The notes under the pieces are model-generated. The model was not told the DNA's origin and did no database searches. It saw only the letters and a list, made by a program, of their open reading frames with translations. A program made the translations under genes and the position numbers. 23,378 nt of DNA from positions 1 through 23,378 of the forward strand of contig DXJF01000121.1 in the NCBI GenBank assembly GCA_019057375.1. Direction: 5' to 3'. This stretch comes from Candidatus Heimdallarchaeota archaeon. GTDB taxonomy: Archaea; Asgardarchaeota; Heimdallarchaeia; Heimdallarchaeales; Heimdallarchaeaceae. Of the stretch, positions 8,220 through 15,678 are shown in pieces (positions within the stretch are counted from its first letter, which is position 1; every line of letters begins with the position of its first letter).

Positions 8220-8242
8220 ATGTTTATGTAAACATATATAAG
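8220..8242 (+). promoter_or_regulatory. Perfect palindrome abutting a TATA box upstream of the 8290 gene
   Basis: ATGTTTA-TG-TAAACAT (8220-8235), overlapping by 1 nt TATATAAG (8235-8242), about 50 nt before the start. Confidence 0.45.
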
Positions 8243-8289
8243 AATGATTTACCAAAGCTAAGCTGAAGTTTACAGATTGGTGTTGTACT

Positions 8290-8985
8290 TTGAGAAAGAA
8301 AAAATTAATATTGCTAATTCTATTCATGTCAATTTATGTTTCTCTAAGTTTTACACAAGCTGAAACAATTCATAAAGAAACAAGAATTGTTTATGCAGAA
8401 TCTTATAATGGCTGGATGTATAGAACGTATTCAGATAACTTAGAAATCTATATCCAATTTGAAGTTATAGAAAACTCTGATATAACTCTTCTAATCTTCG
8501 ATTCACAAAATTATTTTAGATGGAGAGATGGTCTTAGCTCCTCTAAAGAATTGATTGTTTATAATGAAAAATCAACAGAGGTAAGCTGTGAACTAGAACC
8601 ATACAAAAACCATTACATAATTTTAGATAATTTCGATAATACTCAAGATGTTCATGTAAAAATCTTAATCCAAGATGAACCCTTTGCTGTTACATCAGCT
8701 GGTATTAGCAAGTGGATATTCTTAGGTGTTGGATTAAGTATTCTAATTCCAGTGATTTTAGGTATAGTTATAGTTTTTACAAAAAAATCAAAAATTACCT
8801 CATTCAAAGATAAAGGAGCAAACAAATCATCTCGAACCTTAAAGAGAAAAGATAACCCCATTGATACCAAAAGTATTGAAGAGATAAAGAAGAGTATCAA
8901 AGTCTGTCCCGAGTGTAACTATTCAGTACAGATTGCAGAAGAATATTGTTCTTATTGTGGTCACAAATATTCTATTGACTCTTAA
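8290..8985 (+). CDS. Secreted-domain / single-TM / C-terminal zinc-ribbon protein
   Basis: Signal-like N-terminus (KKKLILLILFMSIYV), TM WIFLGVGLSILIPVILGIVIVF, C-terminal CPEC-x10-CSYC; TTG start. Confidence 0.8.
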   Translation: MRKKKLILLILFMSIYVSLSFTQAETIHKETRIVYAESYNGWMYRTYSDNLEIYIQFEVIENSDITLLIFDSQNYFRWRDGLSSSKELIVYNEKSTEVSCELEPYKNHYIILDNFDNTQDVHVKILIQDEPFAVTSAGISKWIFLGVGLSILIPVILGIVIVFTKKSKITSFKDKGANKSSRTLKRKDNPIDTKSIEEIKKSIKVCPECNYSVQIAEEYCSYCGHKYSIDS

Positions 8986-9046
8986 TCGTTTTTTAACTAA
9001 AGTCCAAAGAATTTTAAGAGGATAATCATCAATCAATTTGATTTGA

Positions 9047-9844
9047 ATGGAAAAAGAATCTCTACCAACAGACCTCCCAGAAGAACTTAAGGAGATTCTA
9101 AAAGAGTTTTCCTTTGAGGTAAACAATATTGGCTGTTCAAGAGCTAAAGTCTTCAAGCTGTTTAATGATGAAAAAACGCTTTATCTTAAAATCAACAAGT
9201 CATTGTCTATTTTTGATCTAGAAAAAGAGAAAATTATCCTTGAATGGGTATCACAGAAACTAGAGGTTCCCGAAGTTATTTATTTTGGAAAAGAGAATGA
9301 TATAGTATTTCTTTTAATATCTGAAATTGAAGGAAAGGTTTCACACCTTACAGAATCTGACAAGGAAAAACGTAGAAATGTTAAGATACTAGCTGAAGGT
9401 CTGAAAAAAATACATTCAATTCCCACAGCTACATGTCCAATAAATAACACACCAGATAAGTTATTACAATTAGCGAAGGAAAGAATAGAAAAGGGAGATA
9501 TTGATGCAACACAGTTTGACAAAAGATGGTCTGATAAAAGTCCTGAGGAATTATTTGAAGAAGTAGTAAAAATAAGACCTAGTGAATATGATCTTGTTTT
9601 TTCTCATGGTGATTATTGCTTACCCAATATCTTGATCGAGGAAAATGCCCTTAGTGGTTTTGTTGATTGGTCTTGGGGAGGAATAAATGACAGATATTTT
9701 GATTTTGCTGCTATAATATGGAGTATCGGATATAACTATAGTAAAGAATGGGTAAACTACTTCCTTGAAGATTATGGAATAGAAAATATAGATTTGAATA
9801 GACTCAAATTTTTCCAAATGTTAAATGAGTTCTTCCAACAATGA
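9047..9844 (+). CDS. Aminoglycoside 3'-phosphotransferase (APH(3'))-like kinase
   Basis: IGCSRAKVFKL nucleotide loop, LYLKI, E..ILEW...L.VPEVI, LKKIHSIP...CP, Brenner motif HGDYCLPN, FVDW and DRYFD; 265 aa, the usual APH(3') size. Confidence 0.85.
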   Translation: MEKESLPTDLPEELKEILKEFSFEVNNIGCSRAKVFKLFNDEKTLYLKINKSLSIFDLEKEKIILEWVSQKLEVPEVIYFGKENDIVFLLISEIEGKVSHLTESDKEKRRNVKILAEGLKKIHSIPTATCPINNTPDKLLQLAKERIEKGDIDATQFDKRWSDKSPEELFEEVVKIRPSEYDLVFSHGDYCLPNILIEENALSGFVDWSWGGINDRYFDFAAIIWSIGYNYSKEWVNYFLEDYGIENIDLNRLKFFQMLNEFFQQ

Positions 9845-9893
9845 TAAGAAAGACTGACCATTAGATTTATTTTAAACTAGATTATTTTCTCAC

Positions 9894-9937
9894 TATGAGT
9901 TATTCTCTCCTCAAAAACCTTCAATAGCCTTCAGAAA
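9894..9937 (+). repeat. Degenerate 44-bp direct repeat, copy A
   Basis: TATGAGTTATTCTCTcctCAAAAaCCTTcaatAGccTTCAGAAA; 35/44 ungapped identity with 10076-10119. Confidence 0.8.
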
Positions 9938-9960
9938 ATCATCTAATATAAGTCTTTATG

Positions 9961-9998
9961 AAAGAAAAAAAGGAAAAAAAAGGGGAAAAGTAGGAAAG
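9961..9998 (-). terminator. Poly-pyrimidine (U-rich) tract, candidate terminator for the tnpB/omegaRNA transcript
   Basis: The plus strand is an almost pure purine run (aaagaaaaaaaggaaaaaaaaggggaaaagtaggaaag), i.e. U/C-rich on the tnpB strand. Confidence 0.45.
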
Positions 9999-10075
9999 AA
10001 TGTAAAACCTCGTAGAAAAGTTTGTTGTTGATTTATCACATGAGTTTGCGATTTGATTCTTATCGTTCCCCTGTT

Positions 10076-10119
10076 TATGAGTTATTCTCTTCCCAAAAGC
10101 CTTTTGCAGTATTCAGAAA
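10076..10119 (+). repeat. Degenerate 44-bp direct repeat, copy B
   Basis: TATGAGTTATTCTCTtccCAAAAgCCTTttgcAGtaTTCAGAAA; 182 bp from copy A. Confidence 0.8.
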
Positions 10120-10310
10120 GGTCCTCTCAAGACTCATCCTAAACCAGCGTAATATTGAAGAAACAGAGTTCTCCATAGTGGCAAAACTGCACAAAATGAA
10201 ATGATAATCAATTCATATTGTATCAGTACCGGTTTTCTGGAACAGAGACATACAATACTGTAAATCTGCTCAAAGGAATCATCTCTTGCTAATGGACACT
10301 CATTACAGAA

Positions 10311-10386
10311 CCTGTCGAATCTAAATAGATGACGGATTCTTGACCAAGCCTATCGAATCTAGAGAGTCGATGGATTCTTGGCAGAA
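10311..10386. repeat. Imperfect 38-bp tandem duplication spanning the tnpB stop codon
   Basis: 10311-10348 vs 10349-10386: 28/38 identical (26 of the first 32). Confidence 0.75.
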
Positions 10387-11918
10387 TCCTTAAGCCATTG
10401 ACCTAAAGGCGCTAGACACTTGAAAAGTGTTATCGGGTAGTAGTCACTGGAAAGTTTGTCTCCAATCTTGGTAAAACCTTGTTTAGGTTTCAGAGCATAT
10501 TGAATCAACCTTTTCCCGATGTTTTTTGCCCCATTCAGATCAGCATCAAGTTCATAACTGCAATCATGGCAATTAAATTGTCCTTGACCTGTACGGGTAG
10601 TGTTAAGTGAATCACACCTTGAACATCGTTTCGAGGTCCAACTTTCATTTATAACTACAACCCGATGGGATTCAAATCCATGGAGAGCAAGTTTTTGCTT
10701 CAGTTTAGTAACAAAGAAACGGAAGCGCCACTTGTGCACCGAACTTCTTAAGGATTTGTTTCCGCTACCGCGAGGGTGACTTTTTTGAATCTTACCAGGA
10801 TATCCTACTGATATAAACAGATTATATCGCTTTTTCAACTGGAGAATAAAGTCAACTAGTTGGTTAACTGCATATCCCAGTTCCTGTTCTTTAACAGAGC
10901 GAAGTCTTCTACGCAGTTGGTAGAGTTTGACGTTAAGCTGATTTGTAGGTTGTCCGTTGTATTTGCGCGTATCTAACACACTTTGAATAGACTTAATCCT
11001 GTAATCTAGCTTATGTATCTGTTGTTGTCGTTCCTTATCTACGATGAATTTTATATTATCCATGATTACTTTTCCAGAGGGGGTAAGTAACACTGCAACA
11101 GCTGTCTTCTTTATCCCTAGATCTACTCCCAACACAGCAGGTGGTTGAGTAGAATGGTAAAGAGGGACAGTATATTGGAGGGTGAAATGTGCCCACCACT
11201 GTTGATTTTTAGGAGAATATACTAGTTCCAACGTTTTTATCTTCTCTAGTTTCATCTTCTGTTTGTGATAAGGTGACAATGCTAAAGGTAGCCAAAGTTT
11301 CTTATGGTTTGATTTACCAGACCTTTTCGTATCAAGTGAATCCCTTAATACCAACCAAATTTTAGCAACGGTATTCTTGGGACTGTAAATCATTAGAAAC
11401 CGTTCTCTATTTATTGACTGTATTCGGGGGGTTTTCTTCTTGAATCGTGGTCTTTTCAGCTCCTTTTTGGTAAGACTCTGTTGTGTTTTCCAGCTTTCAT
11501 AAGTCCAGATAGCTTTATCTCTACATTCGATGAATTCATCATGGGAACAGCGAGGATAGCGTTTCTTCAAGTCGTGAGGAACTGTTGTTCGTAGTTTGTG
11601 GTTTGTTCGTTTAGAAGTCGTTAAAGTCAATTTATCCAGAAGGGATTTGTTGACTGTACCATTGTTTCGAAGTACTTTGTTCTCGTTGTGTTTGATGATT
11701 CGTAGGTAGTCATTGCAGATTCTGGTATCGCGTGTTGTAATGATTCTCAACTTATCGCACTTCCGAGCTGTCATCCGTTCTGTTTTTATCCTGAGTTTAA
11801 CAGTATCGTAAACAGGGAGAGATGGTGCTTGAAGTGTGCAATTTGTTTTTCCACTTTTCTCATTTTTTTGTTTTCCATTTTTTAGTTTTTTTTGTACATT
11901 ATCTTCTTCAATTTTCAT
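10359..11918 (-). CDS. tnpB: TnpB/Cas12-superfamily RNA-guided endonuclease with a rearranged (Fanzor-like) RuvC active site
   Basis: RuvC-I GVDLG (D269), canonical RuvC-II Glu replaced in ISVGYP (G375), Glu in INESWTSKRC (E428), zinc finger CSRC-x14-CHDC, RuvC-III DADLNGAKNI (D463); numbering from the GTG at 11927. A GAGGTGA SD favours the ATG at 11918. Confidence 0.9.
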   Translation of the reverse strand: MKIEEDNVQKKLKNGKQKNEKSGKTNCTLQAPSLPVYDTVKLRIKTERMTARKCDKLRIITTRDTRICNDYLRIIKHNENKVLRNNGTVNKSLLDKLTLTTSKRTNHKLRTTVPHDLKKRYPRCSHDEFIECRDKAIWTYESWKTQQSLTKKELKRPRFKKKTPRIQSINRERFLMIYSPKNTVAKIWLVLRDSLDTKRSGKSNHKKLWLPLALSPYHKQKMKLEKIKTLELVYSPKNQQWWAHFTLQYTVPLYHSTQPPAVLGVDLGIKKTAVAVLLTPSGKVIMDNIKFIVDKERQQQIHKLDYRIKSIQSVLDTRKYNGQPTNQLNVKLYQLRRRLRSVKEQELGYAVNQLVDFILQLKKRYNLFISVGYPGKIQKSHPRGSGNKSLRSSVHKWRFRFFVTKLKQKLALHGFESHRVVVINESWTSKRCSRCDSLNTTRTGQGQFNCHDCSYELDADLNGAKNIGKRLIQYALKPKQGFTKIGDKLSSDYYPITLFKCLAPLGQWLKDSAKNPSTL

Positions 11919-11981
11919 GAATTTCACCTCTTAAAATTGTTAGTGTATAATGAACACTGAAACCATTATCGAATGATCTAA

Positions 11982-12038
11982 AACCAATGGTTCCTCTTCT
12001 AGTCTTGTAGCATTAAACCAGTAGAGGAACCACTGGTT
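11982..12038. repeat. Long inverted repeat / hairpin upstream of tnpB (candidate left-end structure)
   Basis: AACCAATGGTTCCTCT (11982-97) vs AGAGGAACCACTGGTT (12023-38): 15/16 complementary; flanked by AGTGTATAAT direct repeats at 11942 and 12045. Confidence 0.75.
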
Positions 12039-12224
12039 GTACAAAGTGTATAATTGCTCCGAAATATCCGACAACTAAGATTTCAAAAAACTAAATTTCT
12101 TCTCTTCACCTCTTTTTCCTGCGATAAGCAAAGAATTAACAGGCAATGGAGTAGAGGTAACGAATGTAATTCTTGCCTATCAAAGTATTAGAAGAGTCTT
12201 TGTATTATAAACCCCAAGGAAATT

Positions 12225-14957
12225 TTATGACAAATCTTTTTTCATCAAGTGATTGACCAGTTCTCGTTTTGCACAGAATAGAGAGTAATCATTATATGCT
12301 AGCTTTCTTTCCAATAAGACTTGTTTCAGTAATTCCTCTATTGTTATGTGAAATTTTTCTAGAATAGCTTGTTCAATTTCATATTTTGTATATCTCTTCA
12401 TTAAAATCGAGCAAACGAGTTGAGCATTTTTCCTATAATCTAAACATTTTTGTTTGTTCATGCTAGAAGAACAAAATGTGTTACAAACATCATCCTGTAT
12501 GTTTTTATTCTCTTCTAAAACACTAGCCGTGGGTTGTTCTTCGAAGCTTTTAACCATTATCAAAGGACTAACTCTTTTCTTCGAGGTTTGTTTGCTGCTG
12601 TTTTCTTTCTCGTTCTTCTTGCTTTTACCTTCCTTTCTAGAGTGTCGATTAGCTTTTCCAAGTTTTTCATACAAGGAGGTTCGCATATCAATGAAACTGG
12701 TGTAAAGGAGGGGATAGGTGAAGGAGGGATATCTACTTTCAAGAACTTGAAGGTACTGATTATAGTTGAGAGGGTTGCGAGAAAAATCTAAGGTAGTCAT
12801 TTCAAGAGCTTGATCTTGACCATCAATCCAAACTAAACAATGTCGGATAGGAAGTTGTTGAACAAGCTTAAAGCGGTCATCTGGTAGATTAAATGCATTA
12901 GCAATTTTTTTGATGGCTTGATTTGATCGAAAAACAATTTTAGTGGAGGAATTGGCATGGACAATGTTGCTCACACTATCCCACATCTGGGAAATGGTTA
13001 AGTGACCAATCCCTAAGCTTCTCCCAAGTAAGAATTTATTTTCTGCAGTTATTAAAGAAGCAGAACTCTCAGTCCTATAGAAATTAGGTATAACATTAAT
13101 TGCTTCTTCTAAAACAACTATATAACGCAACTTGTTTGTAAACTCTCCAGTAGAAGCGAAACGATAGAATAATTTCAGAATCAAGTTACAAATAAGAAAA
13201 ATATCGGAAGGTCTTGCAGCTCTTCTTTGAAATTGGCTTAAATCAAAAATTATACTTTTTCCTTGTTCCAATAAATCGAAGTCTAAAGTGGTTTCTTTCA
13301 CTCCCAGCATTTCAAAGTTTATGGGATTAAAGATATAGTTGAGTCTGTTAAGAACGGCATCTAATGTGTGTTGTATAGACGAGATGTGGCTTGTTTGTTT
13401 GGCAAGAGCAATGAGGTTTTCAACAAAAGTCTCTAATGTGCGTTCATCAGCTTTATGGGTCAAAAATAAGGCGTTTTCAAAAAGGTTCTTCATAGAAGGA
13501 CTAAACTCTTGACTGGAAGTAACCATCATTTCTTCAATGATGAGGAGTGTGCTCCGTACATCATCTTCATCTTTAGTATCAAAAAGGTTGATGCATAGAG
13601 GATGAGGCTGTCCAATAGTATAAATTTCCACATTAGGTTCATCCACAAATGTTGCAGCATACTCTCCCTTCACATCAAAGATTAAGCAAGGTTTCTGGTA
13701 CCTAATCAGCTGTTCAAGTATACCACAAACTAAACGGGTTTTACCGCGTCCTATCATCCCATAGATTTCAACATTATAGAGAAGTTCTTCAATGCCAATC
13801 AAGACTTCATTTGTTGACAGTACAGTACGTCCATTACCCAAAAGAATAGAGTGTTCACGTTGAAGGATTGTTTTCTCCCTTGGGTGCAAGACAAAAGCAG
13901 TTCCCTGATAATCTAAGGGGAGATGGAAATACTTTGACAGTTTATCTAAAGGTACAATTTGGGGTTTTTTGAGTCGAAGTACATTCTTGTTTTTAGGGAA
14001 ACTTGTAGCATGGCGGAAATTTTTCAAAGTTTGAGCATCATCAGAAAAGGAATAGAATTGTAAAAGAAAAGTAGTGGATTTCTTCTCCTTTTTCTTAACT
14101 CTTAGCAATAAAGTAATGTTTGGAAAAATCTCATTTGATATAGTTCTGAACACTAGTTCCATCATATCTATATCGGTTTCTTCTAAAGAAGAAATATCTA
14201 ATGGAATTTTGATTTTCATTTCCTTAAGAACCTGAAATAGTAGCTTTGTTTGTTCTACGGTTAATATTTCGCTTGAACTCTCGTAATATGTAGTAAGTAA
14301 ATTCGATAGAAACAACAATTTCTGCTGCATCTTACTTACAAGCTTCTTTTTGGAAAACCCTTTCATTGAAACAAAGAAATAGATGCTGATAGAAGATTCA
14401 TATTTAGATATGAACATTTGAATATGGTCAATGTTGAGGGCCAATGTCTGACTGAAATTCTCATGTACTTTATAGGCAAAATGTTTTTTATTGACAATGT
14501 CACTACTTATAGAATTCAACAGTAGAACGCTAGTAATCTTGTAAAATGGAAGACACATTCTTCGCTGACAAAATACTTTTTGGTCCTTTGTCATAACATA
14601 TGGGGAAAAGATACTAAATGTAAGAAAAATAATTATGCTGAGAAATGTTATTGCTCCGCTTATGCTCGAAAATACGCTTCGTAATGAATTGCTTATCATC
14701 TCCCATAAATTAGAGAAAAAAGTAGAAATAGACGAGAAGAAACGCATGTCATTTAGAAATGATAGAGATGGAAACCATCTAGCTAATTCAGGAAATAAAA
14801 AGAGAAAAGTGATTACTCCCACAATTAAGGCAATAACATAAGGTGATACAGTGCGTATCACAGATCTTCCTGTTCGTTTCAAAGATCTAGAATCTGTTGA
14901 ATGTGAAGAATTCCTTTGCCTGTTTGCTCGATATCTGGAATCCTTCATGTTCACCAC
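12225..14957 (-). CDS. Membrane-anchored HerA/FtsK/VirB4-superfamily P-loop ATPase (DUF87-like), 910 aa
   Basis: Walker A GMIGRGKT, IFDVKGEY, Walker B VVLEEA, GRSLGIGHLTISQ (HerA-clade motif), NSSTKIVFR; two N-terminal hydrophobic segments; GTG start. Confidence 0.85.
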   Translation of the reverse strand: MVNMKDSRYRANRQRNSSHSTDSRSLKRTGRSVIRTVSPYVIALIVGVITFLFLFPELARWFPSLSFLNDMRFFSSISTFFSNLWEMISNSLRSVFSSISGAITFLSIIIFLTFSIFSPYVMTKDQKVFCQRRMCLPFYKITSVLLLNSISSDIVNKKHFAYKVHENFSQTLALNIDHIQMFISKYESSISIYFFVSMKGFSKKKLVSKMQQKLLFLSNLLTTYYESSSEILTVEQTKLLFQVLKEMKIKIPLDISSLEETDIDMMELVFRTISNEIFPNITLLLRVKKKEKKSTTFLLQFYSFSDDAQTLKNFRHATSFPKNKNVLRLKKPQIVPLDKLSKYFHLPLDYQGTAFVLHPREKTILQREHSILLGNGRTVLSTNEVLIGIEELLYNVEIYGMIGRGKTRLVCGILEQLIRYQKPCLIFDVKGEYAATFVDEPNVEIYTIGQPHPLCINLFDTKDEDDVRSTLLIIEEMMVTSSQEFSPSMKNLFENALFLTHKADERTLETFVENLIALAKQTSHISSIQHTLDAVLNRLNYIFNPINFEMLGVKETTLDFDLLEQGKSIIFDLSQFQRRAARPSDIFLICNLILKLFYRFASTGEFTNKLRYIVVLEEAINVIPNFYRTESSASLITAENKFLLGRSLGIGHLTISQMWDSVSNIVHANSSTKIVFRSNQAIKKIANAFNLPDDRFKLVQQLPIRHCLVWIDGQDQALEMTTLDFSRNPLNYNQYLQVLESRYPSFTYPLLYTSFIDMRTSLYEKLGKANRHSRKEGKSKKNEKENSSKQTSKKRVSPLIMVKSFEEQPTASVLEENKNIQDDVCNTFCSSSMNKQKCLDYRKNAQLVCSILMKRYTKYEIEQAILEKFHITIEELLKQVLLERKLAYNDYSLFCAKRELVNHLMKKDLS

Positions 14958-15289
14958 TTGAATTGCTAGTACTTCATAAGCTTACAAATTCAACCAGACA
15001 AGCATATAAAAACACCTCAAGATATTACTGTTAAAATAGTTTCAATAGGATTTGAAGAAAGAAAGTACAAGGAAATAAAAAGTTCAAATTTCACAAGGAA
15101 TGAATGTGATGGAAGTTAACACCATTAACTCTCTGAAAACATAAACACAACAAAGAAACTAATTAGAAGAGTGAAATCACGAATTCAAAAAAAATCATCT
15201 AATAGTGAAAATTTTACTGCTAATTCTAATAAAACTACAAATAATAACTAACAATATTCTTTTTGAAGAAAAAGTTCTGTTTAATCACT

Positions 15290-15424
15290 TTACTTTTTGA
15301 TTTTTTTCAGGCAATTTGAAATAAATCTATGCTTATTTAAATTATTAAGACCTAAGTGTTCAATTAAATCAGACAAAAAAGCTTCATAATCAACTTTATA
15401 CAAATAATTTGATAGTTCTCCCAT
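15290..15424 (-). CDS. Possible 44-aa small ORF or gene remnant (not in the ORF track)
   Basis: MGELSNYLYKVDYEAFLSDLIEHLGLNNLNKHRFISNCLKKIKK, amphipathic-helix pattern inside a 700-bp AT-rich gap. Confidence 0.25.
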   Translation of the reverse strand: MGELSNYLYKVDYEAFLSDLIEHLGLNNLNKHRFISNCLKKIKK

Positions 15425-15678
15425 TTGTAAAAATCACATGTTCTTTTGTAGAGTTTTATGCTAACTTATGTTTTCTATTATCGAATTTGTAAATTCAAAC
15501 AAGTACTGAATTATTGTTTTGTATCTCACCAACAATAGATTCTTTAAACTTTATCTTTCTTCCGTCTAGCATTGGTAAGAGTAAGATTAAATACAACGAA
15601 AATAAAAACTTCTTTATATATCAAAAGATAATCAAATCTCTAATGAATATAGACAAGTTTGTGAATGGAGGAAGATAA

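Larger units (their letters stand above)
10021..10390 (-). ncRNA. Candidate omegaRNA (TnpB guide scaffold) region, boundaries approximate
   Basis: Non-coding region directly 3' of and overlapping the tnpB end, with stems GGATTCT-GCCA-AGAATCC, TATTGTAT/ATACAATA and ATGAGT/ACTCAT; position expected from known TnpB biology. Confidence 0.5.
10021..12054 (-). mobile_element. Non-autonomous tnpB-only IS200/IS605- or IS607-type element (ends not resolved)
   Basis: Solo tnpB, upstream hairpin and short direct repeats, structured downstream region; no Y1 or serine TnpA seen in the window. Confidence 0.5.

Noticed and set aside
10022-10204. 60-aa plus-strand ORF downstream of tnpB
   Set aside because: TTG start, no motif, and it lies antisense in the expected omegaRNA region.
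9876-10390. CRISPR array next to the TnpB/Cas12-like gene
   Set aside because: Only two diverged 44-bp copies 182 bp apart and a 38-bp tandem pair; no run of identical repeats with 30-40-bp spacers, and no cas1/cas2 in the window.
10359-11918. Nuclease-dead TnpB (TldR-like repressor) because the RuvC-II Glu is missing
   Set aside because: A compensating Glu is present before the zinc finger and both Asp residues are intact, matching the known active rearranged configuration.
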